Shown: positions 25,009-36,567, numbered from the stretch's first letter. The stretch: 64,000 bases of DNA from Heptranchias perlo (GCF_035084215.1 NW_027138407.1:1364001-1428000), one strand, 5' to 3'. Notes: a model not told the origin generated them from the sequence alone. Made by a program: numbers and translations.

Positions 25009-27624
25009 CTGCAGGATGAAAATTGGGAGATTAGTATTTCTTTAGCTGCCGTTTAGACACTTGTCAATCGCATGATTAGCTCTGCCTCTTGCGGTAATGT
25101 TTTTCATCAGAAGCCGGTTCGAACTTTATTCACTTTCATTGGAAAAAGTACCAGAGGGGAGATGAGGAGAATGTTGTGTTATGCAGCGAATTGTTATGAT
25201 CTGGAACGCACTGCCCGAAAGGGTGGTGGGAGCAGATTCTATAGTAACTTTCAACACAAAATTGGATATATACTTGAAAAGGAAAAATGAGCTTGGCTGT
25301 GGGTGAAAGAGCAGGGGAGTGGGTCTAATTGGAAAGCTCTTTCAAAGAGCCGGCACAGACACGATGGGCCTCAATGTCTCCTTCTGTGCTGAATGATTCA
25401 ATGATTTCTATTAAATTTCGACTTCTATTTTTCTTGCTGAAGACGAATCCGAAGAGACATTTTGAACAATCCATTCTTCTCTTCACTGAGACAATCACCT
25501 CGCAATAATTATGGACTGAGAGTAGCCCGGGTGTGTTATGTTTTACTGCGCACAGCAAGATCCAATTGAAAGTAGTGAGATCCTTTATCAATGGTCTTTG
25601 TTGTGAGCCGGAGCATGTCCGTCGCAACCTTTTAACTTGGACAGAACATCAGCAACGATTGACCCAAACTGACACTGAATATCTGTGGGTCAAAGGTCAG
25701 ACTTTAATTGCACGTCACGGGAGCTCCAGTCCGCCGCTCGCTCTATTTTTCTATTTTCTTGCCTCATTGGGTTCACTTTTGTCCAATTCACTTTAATCTG
25801 AGTTATTTTCAGTTACTTTCATTTCTACATCTGGGTCGCTCCCTTTCTCCCGTTTTTGGTTTCCCGCCATCCTGAGAACTTATCCCAAAGTCTCTCATTT
25901 ATTGGTGGGATCAGTCTGTGCAGTTTTGCAGTGGTTTTACTGTTACTCACTGGGAACTGTCTCTTCCTAGGGTCTAATAATGTCAATTACTTCATACTAT
26001 TGTTGATCCTCTCCCGTGTTCTCCGGGCAGAGTTTTCTCTGAGTTTTACACCATACAGAATCTGTACAACAGAAAAAGGCCATTCGGCCCAACTGGTCTA
26101 TTCTGGTGTTTATGTTACAAAACAACCTCCGCCCGCTCCAATTGTCTCTTCCCACCCTGACCACCACGGATCCACCCCACCCCACCGCGCTATCTCTCTA
26201 TTCCTTTCTCTCTCAAGTATACGTCATGCCTCACCTTAAATGTGTCAATCTTATCTGCTTCAACTATTCCACTTGGCAGCACGTTCCACATTCTCACCAC
26301 TCTCTGAGTAAATAAATTCCTCCTACCTTCTTTATTTTTTCTGTTAACGACTATTTAATATTTATGGCCCCTTGTTATGGACTCACCCACAAGTGGAAAC
26401 GGTTTCTCCACATCCACCCTATCGAACACTTTCATAATTTTAAAGACCGCTTATCAGGTCTCCTCGTGCTCTTCTCTTTTCCAGAGAAACGAGCCCCGGC
26501 CTGTTCAATCTTTCCTGCTGCTGGTATCTTTTCTCAGGCGTTTTAGAAATGCAAAGCTGCGAAAAGGCCCTGATCCCAATCGAAGCCCATCTCTCGGGTA
26601 AATCTAACTCCATCGGTGCCGGATTGTACTTTCAACGGCCCAGGGGTCGGTGTCTCCACACTTGCCCGGCAATGGGCGATATTTCACTCCCTTTTAGTGA
26701 ATTAATTCTTGCTGGTTCTAAATGGACTTTTCTCCAGCCTGTACTTGTTCCCTCGGGTGCTCCTGTTTTCCTTTATAAGAACATTTGCGCCTCGCACTCA
26801 CTCTCTCACTGCCCAATGTTGTTTCAATTAACATTAACGAAGACGCCAGATAAATTAATGCAAACCGATCTCACAAACATTGACAGTAAATATAGAAAAA
26901 TGTCTGTCGTTGGATGCTTTCAAATTTAGACTTAAACGCGGAGCATCGAGAAAAAAATGATTGTTTATTTGAAGGGAATTGAAATAAATATTAGATAAAA
27001 TGCAATTAATTTCAGTCACTGGGTGTCCAATCATGAAATGCCATCTAGACCTACAGCTGATCTCTTGTATCTGAAGCCCCGCCGTGTTATGCTCCAGTGT
27101 TTCTGCCGCTGCAGTAATCGGATGGGCCACTGTAGTGTTGGGTTTACTCGTCCGGTACCTCATTCACACTGCCCAGCTTGGACTGTAATCTCCTGCCCAG
27201 GAGAGAGATCTGTAGCCTCCCTTGTGCTCACAGGGACAGGCAGGTCTCCCTCAGTCACAAGTTAACACTGAGAGCGGATGCCGGAGTGCGGACAATCTGC
27301 GCTCATTTACATCAAATTGGGATCAGAGTAAGAAAGAGTCCGCGATGTTCATGGGATCCCCGAGGTCCCCGTTAAACCAGTGATGGTCCAGATGGGGTCA
27401 AACCCCAGTCTGCCTGTTCGTGGGGGGTCTCACAGCTCCTCCCTCCGAACTCACACCCGGTTCATATTCTGGTGCGGAATCTATAACTGCAATGGAAATG
27501 TCCCCTTAGAAAACCGCTATATTTTACTTTGAAGGGGAATGAGGTGATACCAATCACAATAAAAAAACTGCCGGTGAATATTAACCGGAACCTCTGTAAC
27601 ACGGCGGGGTTTGGAGTCACTTAC

Positions 27625-27701
27625 CGGCTGTGACGGTTACCACCGTCCCGGATCCATCCAAATAACAATATCGCCCCTCGTAATATCCAGCACCACAGTA
27701 A
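27625..27701 (-). other. NAR-TCR J segment (IgNAR/IgH-type, 23-RSS), 77 nt
   Basis: YCGAGYYEGRYCYLDGSGTVVTVTA G|gtaagt; RSS CACCGTG 27702-27708 + 23 + ACAAGAACC 27732-27740. Confidence 0.9.
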
Positions 27702-28091
27702 CACCGTGACACCGCTCTCAGTCACCCCGGTACAAGAACCACAGACACCTCAATCTGCTGGTCACACATCACCATAGAGTCCACGCTGCTCAATTATTCC
27801 AGGGATTTTAGATCAATAAACAATATTCCATGTTTCACAGTCCCAGTCGGTTCAAACTCTTCTTTCTGAGACTCTCGGCTCTTTGTAAAATGGCCCCGGT
27901 ACACGGGCAGGAGATGGGCGTTTAATATAAACGGAGAAAATGTCAAAGAAAGATCACTGAAAGCAGGAACTTGCAATAAAATTAATCCAGATTACAGCGA
28001 TAATAACATCAAACCTACAATTCAGGATCCGGACCAGGAGAAGTGATATTTTAATTGTACAGAGGTATTTGCTGAGGTCTCTTCCACTGTG

Positions 28092-28104
28092 ATTTTCCCA
28101 TAAA
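28092..28104 (-). other. NAR-TCR D segment (12/12 RSS)
   Basis: TTTATGGGAAAAT, open in all three frames (FMGK/LWEN/YGK); 3' RSS CACAGTG 28085-28091 + 12 + GCAAATACC; 5' RSS CACAGTA 28105-28111 + 12 + ATAAAATCC. Confidence 0.9.
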
Positions 28105-28492
28105 CACAGTACTTCAAGTCAGCATAAAATCCCCCAGTCTTTAGTGATACGTTGGGACATTAGTTAAACGGCGGGGATTGCGGATCTCGGTTCCAGCTGT
28201 TAGAACAGGATCCCATCTGGTGTTAAGGACTTGTAAATGGGATCAGTCATTCCCAATCGCCATTCATTGACACCAATCCCAGGAAAGACATCATCCGCAC
28301 AGAGTCCGCAATTATAAAACACAAGATGTGAACTGTAATAATCCAAACTCATTATTAACTAGAGTGTGGGGCAGAAGGTCCGAGGCGGACCTGTTGGGTT
28401 TAATCGTAAATAATCTCTGTTTTTCCATTTGTTTCCGTGACAATCTGCAGTGAGAGTTTTTGTATCACGGGAAGCCGAGACCTATCACTGTG

Positions 28493-28967
28493 GTCTTCAT
28501 ACTTTGCTTTACAATAATAGGTGGCGCTATCTTCAACTCTCGTATCCCTAATTTCCAGCGAAAATATATTTTTTGCATAATTCGTTGAAGCAGCAAATCG
28601 TCCTCCGCCGTAGATCCGCTTCCGCTTTGTCCCGCTCTGAGTTTGTTTGAAGAAATCCCCACTCTGGAAATAATAATACGAAGCATCTGCTTTGAAAACG
28701 CAGGTGATGGTGAGAGACTGACACTCCTCCCTGGTCTTCGCTGCCGGGGTCTGTTTCACTGACTGACCGAAAGAGCCTGGAAATTAAACAGAGAGAGAGT
28801 TTAATGAGACATCAGAGCCGAACCACACAACGGGGATAAAAGGGTGACCGTGTCTGCAATTTGAATGGTCAGGGCAGCGTTGTTTTAAATTCACACATTG
28901 TACGTTTGGTTGAACGGTACTCACGGGGTAAACAGACACACAGGATGAAAACAAGGAGGATTCCCAT
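28493..28967 (-). CDS. NAR-TCR V (IgNAR-like V domain) with leader
   Basis: Leader 28967-28925 MGILLVFILCVCLP|gt; V exon 28776-28493 QSVKQTPAAKTREECQSLTITC..GGGRF..FSLEIRDTRVEDSATYYCKA; only 62 aa between canonical Cys (VNAR-like CDR2 loss); a-b loop Cys; RSS CACAGTG 28486-28492 + 22 + ACAAAAACT. Confidence 0.92.
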
Positions 28968-28991
28968 CGTTCTGCTGCCCGGAGCTGATGG

Positions 28992-29092
28992 TTTATATGA
29001 CGGGGAGCTGGAGACTGCAGCCCGGGACTGCCCTGGGAGACTGTACCTCAGAGCTGTACTTAAATACTTTAGGGGATCGAGTTCATTTGCAC
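28992..29092 (-). promoter_or_regulatory. Putative NAR-TCR V promoter: TATAAA and octamer-like GTGCAAAT
   Basis: TATAAA at 28992-28997 (about 25 bp upstream of the ATG); GTGCAAAT at 29085-29092, one mismatch to the Ig octamer. Confidence 0.45.
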
Positions 29093-30693
29093 AGGGCAGT
29101 GTCCCGGAGATCATTAATGGTCCGCACGGTTCCCGGAGCTCTGGCTGTGCGTTGTGTGAATAAGCGACAGGTTTAAAGACGGACCTGCAGTTTTATGGCT
29201 TTCCTTTCGGTCTCTGGGCCCTATCTGAAAGCCCCTCCCACATTAGTCTGATGTACAGGAGGGGTTGACTTGTTCTGTCAGCAGAGGCTGCCGCCTCCTT
29301 TGCCCCACAGTGTTGAACTGGGCGGTCGATTCATGTGTTTTTATTGGGTGATGTTTGTTGAGGGTGAAATGTTGGCCCAGGACACCGGGAGAATCCCCCC
29401 GCTCTTATTCCAATAGTGCCGGGGGATTCTTTAACATCTCCCTGAACCGGCTGACGGGACCTCGGTTAAACCTCTCATCCGTAGGACCATGCAGAGCTCC
29501 CTCAGTCCAGCAACTGAGAGTCAGGTTACAATATCAGACAGTCCAGTGCCATTTTCAATATACAGGCAGATATACACAATATATAGAGAGAATAAACTGT
29601 CACTGTAATTTAAACAAACGCTTCGTGCACCGTCCCCTTCTGTAGTTTGCATTAAAAAAATCTGTTTACGTTATTTCTGATGAATTCTGACCTTGATTGT
29701 GTCTGTACGATTTATTTCAAGATCCCCAATCTTCAGATTTTCCTATTGCAATTTAAATTGCATTAATAATTCGTAATAAAATTAAAACATAACTCAACTT
29801 CCATTTTGAATTAATGCCTTTATTTCCAAATCTGCTTCTTTAATCGATTTTCTTAAGTAAAGAACTGAAAATTGTTTACAGGCTGCAACTCGGCCCCACA
29901 CTGAAACCAACACAGTGAACACATCCTCCCACTGACTATATATAAGTACAAGTTTAACCAGAGTTGGAATCTGCCCCGGAGCTGCTCTACTGGGAAAACC
30001 AGCAATAAAGTTAGCCGTGTGCCGTACATGCACAGGAGCTGATACTGAGTCACAATAACAGACGGGAGTGAATCGTTCCCTTTTACCCTCTGTCTGCTGT
30101 GCATGTACAGGAGCTGACACACGGTCATTGTTTCTCTCTCTCCATCTCTGTCCCTCTCTCACCTCCCTCCCTTTCTCTCAATCTCTCGCCACTACCTCGT
30201 TCTTCCTGTGTCTTTCCTGCTCAACCATTGCTGCTTCTGTATTTCTCTTCCTCCCTGTCCCTATCTCTGTCCCCGCTCTCTTTCTCTCTCTCTCCCGCCT
30301 CCTCTGCTCCTATCCCCCCTTTCTTTCCCCATATCTCTCCTCCTCGCTTTCTCTCTCTGCTCTTAACTCTCATCCTCTGCCCCATCTTTCTCTCTTTCTT
30401 TCATTCTCTCTCTCACTCCTCCTATCTCTCACCCGATCACTGCCTCACTCGATCTCTCCTTCTATCTCCCACTCTGCTCCTATGTCTTCACCGGTCTCTT
30501 CCCTCTCTCTCTGACGTGTCTCTGAATTTTACTTGATTGAAACACATCCTGTATAAAGCAAGTACAAATCTCATTTCTGTAGCATTTTATATATATGAAA
30601 GTTTCAATTAGTGGATGGAAATCTGTCGGGTAGATCTCATCTTGAAAGATGTCAGTGTTCAAAATTTTGTTGAGACGTGATTCTCCGATGATG

Positions 30694-31190
30694 AGATCAG
30701 GGCCTTTACCCAGTAAACTAGCGAGGAATCAGCACAGAGCAGATATCATGGCCTTTATCCAATGAACAATCAGGTGAATGAACACAAACCAGGGATCAGG
30801 GCCTTTACCCAGTGAAACATCAGGTGAATCAGCACAGACTACGGATCAGGACGTTTACCAAGTAAACCACCAGGTCAATCAGCACAGACCAGGGATTAGG
30901 ACGTTTACCCAGTAAACCATCAGGTCAATCAGCACAGACCAAGGATCATGGCCTTTACCCAGTAAACCTCAGATGAATCAGCACAGACCAAGGATCAGGG
31001 CCTTTACCCAGTAAATCATCAGAGAATCAGCACAGACCAGGGATCAGGGCCTTTACCCAGTAAACCGTCAGGTGAATCAGCACAGGCCGGGGATCAGGGC
31101 CTTTCCCCTGTAATCCATAAGGTGAATCAGCACAGATGCGGAATCAGGACCTTTTTCATCTATAAACCATCATGCCAGGGTGTCGGGGCC
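30694..31190. repeat. Minisatellite, ~50-bp unit, ~10 copies
   Basis: ggatcagggcctttacccagtaaaccatcaggtgaatcagcacagaccag repeated head-to-tail (unit starts at 31041 and 31091). Confidence 0.9.
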
Positions 31191-31429
31191 TTTCAAATTT
31201 CTGATAAAATTCAATTGCATTTGCACAAACTTAAAATCTTCAATGAACCAGCGCAATTGGGCAGCGCAGTAGAACGGTATGAGGTGGTGGTGGGGTGGGT
31301 GGGGGGCTGGGTGTTGCACTGGGGGAAGTGGGGCTGTTTTTCTGGTGGTCTTGGAATTTCTTTCACTGGGGAGGTGGGTGTGTTTCTCTTGGTGGTTTTA
31401 CATGGGGGGAATAAAGGAGATCGATGGCA

Positions 31430-31670
31430 TGGGGGAATACACAGGGGGATTACATGGGTGTTTACAAGGGGTGGATTACACGTGGGGGATTACACGGGGG
31501 GATTACACGTGGGGGATTACAAGTGGGGGATTACACGGGGGGATTACACGTGGGGGATTACACGGGTTGGATTACAAGGGGAGATTACACGGGATAATTA
31601 CACAGGGGGTATTACACAAAACCATTACTCGGGGGGGATTAGACAGGAGGGATTTTATAGTGGGATTAAA
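31430..31670 (+). repeat. G-rich simple repeat (GGGGGATTACAC-like)
   Basis: Short degenerate tandem units; larger reverse-complement array at 63370-63920. Confidence 0.85.
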
Positions 31671-33398
31671 CAGGGCGGTACAAATGGCACGGGAAAACAA
31701 GGAGAGAGAAAGAAAGGAAGGAGACCGAAAGAATGGAGGAGAGCGAAAGAAAATAACAATGCGATAGTCATGCTGCAAATGGGTGCTGCTCCCACACGGC
31801 AACACATCGCCTCACATCATTGGGGGTGGCGGCGGTGGGCGAACAGACCATGAGCAGGACTTGCAAACTGGGGCAAGGACGGGAGGAAGGAAGGGCAGGA
31901 GCTAGATCGAGTCTCACACACACACACTCACAGGGTGAAACACATTCACAACAGGGATTCTCACACACACCGTCCTACAATCATCCTCGGCACTCTTTAA
32001 ATACATGCATTGAGACAGAAACAGAGGGTTTAAAGATATACAGACACACACCCTGTCCAACAATACATTTTCATTACCTGTGCAGTGATACAGAGAGTTT
32101 AAAGCGACGCAGACACTCACACCGTCCTACAATACATTTTAAATATGTGCGCAGTGATACAGAGAGTTTAATGATACACAGCCACCCACACAGTCCCACA
32201 ATACACTGTATATACCTGTGCAGTGAGACAAATAAATTAACGATGCAGGAACATTCATCAATCTGACTTCAGCAGCACATCCCAGGAACAAGAAAGAGGG
32301 TTTGGTTGGTCTGACCTCCCCTATATAGCACAGAGTTGTCACTCAAAATCCGCCCTCCGCCCAGGACAAAGCCCCTCACCTAACAGGTAACTGCATCCTG
32401 TGCCTGAGAACCCGCCCTCCCAGGTGTGGGAGAGAAAAGGTGAGTCTGTATGTATCCGGGGTTGGGGTGGGGGCGGTAGTGCCTTCTGCCATTTGCCAAT
32501 GTTCCAAATGGTTGCTTCCTGGGCCTGTGTGAGGCCTCTTCCAGCTGGGATCCGGATCTCAGGGATGCTACCTGGGGATAACATTTTAACCATTGAGCGC
32601 AGGCAGGCACTGGGCTGGTGGGCTGAGTGGAGCGTCACACACCTGCACAGGTATATTGCTCAGATATTTAACAATTGAGTACAAGCAGAGATTGGGCTGA
32701 TCCAACGAGGGAGCCTCACTTACCTGCACATGTACATTGCTCATATCTTTAACCATTGTGTATAGGCAGACACTGAGCTGATCCACCATGGGCGCATCTT
32801 CCTTGCATTCAATCCCTTCCATTGTCCTATTTCATAAGTTTCTTTGTTTTATTTTAACTTTCTGTTTCTTTTCCTGTTACCTGTCTGTTTTTAACCTCGC
32901 GTTCCGGTAATTTTTTTCCCAACTGTTCTGATTTTCGCTCTGCTCTTTTATCCCTTTACAAGCCCCACATTCCCACCCATTTCCAAGCCACCTTGTGACA
33001 ACGTGCAATGGAGAGACAACGGGAGAGAGGAGTGGTGAAAATGAAACCGCCGTGAACAGAGAGAGAGAGATACCTCGAGTTCGACAGACATAGTGATATA
33101 GGCGGATAGAGATAACGAGAGAGAGAGACAGAGAGAGAGAAACAGATTGGCATTCATACAGATGGGCAAGGAAATAATTTGGAGGGAACCGACAGTAAAA
33201 TTTCCACAACTAACAGTGATTAGTGCACAGCTGGCGTCATTTGTGAGAAACCAGCCAATCGTGTCCCTGGGAAACGCCCCTCAGTTTCCCAATATGTGAA
33301 TCCTGCCCTGATCTGAGTTTACTTTTTAATATCAGACTAGAAGTGTCAGCATAATTAAAACATTTTGCTATTTTCTGTCGAACCCTAAACCAGACACC

Positions 33399-33837
33399 AT
33401 GTGCTTCTCATGTTCCTAACTGGTAATAATGGTCTTGCTGCCCGGTGAGTCTATGATTAAATGGTCAGTGTGTGTTTCATGGTTTTTTTTTGCTCCCAGA
33501 CTTTTGACACATTCTGTATTTTGTTACAGGAACGAGTGGCAAAGACACAGTGTCCCAGGATCCGCCTGAGTTAACGGTTCAGGACGGACAGACGGTAATA
33601 CTGGACTGTAGTTACTCGGCAGCAACCACTGACCCAACTCTCTTCTGGTACGTCCAGTATGCTGGGGAAGCTCCGAGATATTTAGTGGAAAGATGTAGCT
33701 CGGGGCAGGGAGATAAGTCTTCAGATTTCCCAGGCCGGTTTTCTGCTGATGTGGACAACAACGAGAAAACGGTTCCTTTAAAAATCACCGAGGCTCTTGT
33801 CTCTGACTCTGCCGTGTAGCTCTGTGCCATGGAGCCC
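33399..33837 (+). pseudogene. TCR V pseudogene (family W, paralogue of V 59540-59977)
   Basis: Leader MCFSCS* (TAA); V exon from 33530 with TAG at 33817-33819 before Cys104; RSS CACATTG 33838-33844 + 23 + AAAAAAACA. Confidence 0.9.
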
Positions 33838-34630
33838 CACATTGTTACCGGGGCGCAGTCAGTCCGTAAAAAAACAGCAAAGGTCTCTCATTGAAGCAGA
33901 TCGATGACCTGGATTGTGATCTGATAATAGAACAGAAACCAAACCATAAAAACAAGCAAAAGAGTCAATAAATAGATGGATAGATAATTAAAAAGATAGA
34001 CAGAGAGGGAGATAAATAAAGTCTCACTCTCCTCACTTTCTCTCTCAATGATCTCTCTCTCCTTTGTTTGAAAGTATCCATCTCACGCAAACTAAACCCA
34101 GCCCGTGTAAATTACAGCTGCGGAGTCTGCGAGTGTAAGATACGGTGCGTTTAACAGCTCAGTAACCAGCTTGTTCCCGTTAGCTTGGGAGCTGAATGAT
34201 GAGATAGTTGGACACTAGAGTTGTTTCAATCATCATCCCGAGTGACCGACTGCAGTGACCCCAAGAGATAGATCAGATTGTGAACAGGCTAAAAATGTTA
34301 ACGCGGAATATTGCTTTAAATTAAACTTTGTAAGTAGCACCTGGGGACACGGGTTCAAACCAGGACAGGTCATTTCAGGAACTGATATCAGGAAATTCTT
34401 CAGTCACAGAGAGCGCTCAATGTGTGGAGTCAGGTTCCAGATGGAACAGCGGAGGGAAAAACCCGGGAATCATTTCAGAAAATGGGGGAGAGGGTGTTAG
34501 GATCTCTCTGGATGGATGAACTAAGAGCGTCCGAATTCTCTCTCCCATCCGGAATTATCCTGTGATCTTTTGAACTGCAGCGAGGCAGTCGTTGCCTCTT
34601 GGAATTGTACCTTGCAGTTACATGTAGTCG

Positions 34631-34644
34631 CCACCAGAGGGCAG
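34631..34644 (+). promoter_or_regulatory. CTCF-like motif
   Basis: CCACCAGAGGGCAG ~600 bp upstream of, and co-oriented with, V 35229. Confidence 0.6.
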
Positions 34645-34975
34645 TAGGCGACCGTGTTCACTGTGTTGGTTTCCGTGTAGGGCCGAGTATAGACTGAGAA
34701 CATTGTTCAGTTACTTTATTTAAGTAAAGGGATTAAAGAAAGAGGTTCGGAATTAGAGGCATTAATTTCAAATGGAAGTTGTGTGATAATTTAAATCTTA
34801 TTATATGTTACTAAAGGATTATTAATGACCACATGTTGTAAATATTTTACTGAGCAGCTTACTCCCTTCACTACCCCGTCTTACAGACTGATCCTGTTAA
34901 AAGGCCAACATGGGGTTTAATCCACGTCCAGTATCTGTTGTGACGACAAGTTCCCGACGTTCTCTGCTCTCCCTC

Positions 34976-35130
34976 TGACGTCATCAGTTGGAGAACAAAG
35001 AGCCTGTGAGCTAATTGGATGATATGGAGAACAAGGAGCTGTGAGCTGATTGGATGAATTGAAGAACAAAGGAGCAGTGAACTGATTGGATCTCACCTGC
35101 TGACTCTGATAGGAACCAACCAATCGGCAG
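34976..35130 (+). promoter_or_regulatory. V promoter module: CRE plus tandem ~36-bp CCAAT/AACAAAG units
   Basis: TGACGTCA 34976-34983 followed by repeats of ctgtgagctgattggatgaattggagaacaaagg; same module at ~43140-43292 (-), 45652-45760 (+) and 51470-51659 (-). Confidence 0.6.
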
Positions 35131-35228
35131 AGAGCCCAGCTATTACTAAACATCTTACTAAATCTTGACGAAAATAATTCCAGGTTCAACCCGTTTCTGT
35201 TCAAATCCACCATCAACTCTCGGCAAAC

Positions 35229-35749
35229 ATGTTGAGTGTTACTTTTTATTTATTCGTCACAGCTGCAGCTCGACTCACTGGTAAAGTTTACAATCTTCCT
35301 CTTGCGCGTGCCATTGAGATAGAGAATGTTTCTTTTACTGCTGTTTCCTCTCTATTTTCAATGCATGCTGTCACCTTTATGGCATTAGTTATAATAAGAT
35401 GAATATAAAAGCTCAAAGTTCTGCATTTTTAAATTTCTACAGGTGTTAATTGTGTAGACTCGGTCTCACAGTGGCCGGTTGCAGTGATGCACTCTGAAGG
35501 GGACACGGTGACCATTAATTACAGCTATTCTACGACTGGTGATTCTTATTCCTTACAACTGTACCGTCAGGACGGGGCCAACGGCCCCACATTCCTGATC
35601 TACAGCCCTTCCTACGGGGATGTTTTCAGAGCAGATGGAGTGGGTGCTCGATTTTCCGCAGCTCTCGACACTTCGAAAACCGAGGGGAATTTCACCATCA
35701 GCGGCCTGCGACTGAGTGACAGCGCTGTGTATTACTGCGGGCTGAGAGC
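35229..35749 (+). CDS. TCR V-alpha/delta segment (family X); open frame but Cys23->Tyr and Trp41->Leu
   Basis: Leader 35229-35280, V exon 35443-35749 (DSVSQ..TINYSYS..LQLYRQ..DSAVYYCGLR); RSS CACAGTG 35750-35756 + 23 + ACAAAAACA. Confidence 0.88.
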
Positions 35750-36567
35750 CACAGTGACAGGAACTGGAGGGGGCCTCGTACAAAAACACTGCCGGAATGT
35801 GACAACGTGAATGGGATAGCGGGCAGTATGGGGAGAGAGAGAGGAACTGTCCGTACTTTTCACAGGAGAGTGTCGGTTTAACAACAGGCAAGTCAACAAT
35901 AATCCGGCTAACAATACAGCATTTGAATAATCATGTTCATTGTTATTAATAATAACCGTGCTGTTAATTTCATAGTAAGAGATTTGATGGGACTGTGCTT
36001 CCAATTCCTGTTTATTTAACGGGCAACTTAACTTTCAACCTTAGGGAAACTAATATAATACCGGTTCTCATTCTCTGTCTCAGACCTTTTGTTCCAGGCG
36101 GCAGGAAATGAGCTGAACGGAGGGAATACATTCGGTTTTGGTTTGGTCTGCAGCAAGGCCCCTAAATGATTGACAAGAACGGCCGAGAATCAGATCCCCG
36201 TTACTCCGCTCCTCTGCACATTGTGGGGAACACTGATGTTTTTCCAGCTATTTCCCTATAAGGTGCGTTTAGGGTTTAGTTGCTCCCATTTGGATAAATG
36301 TCAAATCTCTCTGATCAGTGGGCGGAGCTTTCTTCTGCCACGTGATCTCTGCCTTCCGTTGTCCCTGATGAGGACGTTTGTCAAAAAGATCGGTGGGAGG
36401 AGCTTTCTTCTCTCAGGCAGCCTCTTGTCCACGCGTTCTCTTGACGTTTCACCAGCTTTTAATTCCAGCTGCACCAGGTGCTTTGCCCTGGGTTGGACCG
36501 ACACTTTCCATCCAATACCCAAGGGCAGCTTTTCGCAAGAAAGAGTCGATACAGTTCAGCCCAGGCA

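Noticed and set aside
27150-27262. Possible second NAR J (CACAGGG at 27229)
   Set aside because: No GxG motif, no good donor, spacer/nonamer off; too weak to call.
30694-31190. Regular 50-bp repeats resembling a CRISPR array
   Set aside because: Head-to-tail units without unique spacers, no cas genes, vertebrate context: a minisatellite.
31122-31853. 243-aa ORF with GITRG/GDYT repeats (also 63089-63971)
   Set aside because: Translation of a simple G-rich repeat, open in several frames, with no gene structure.
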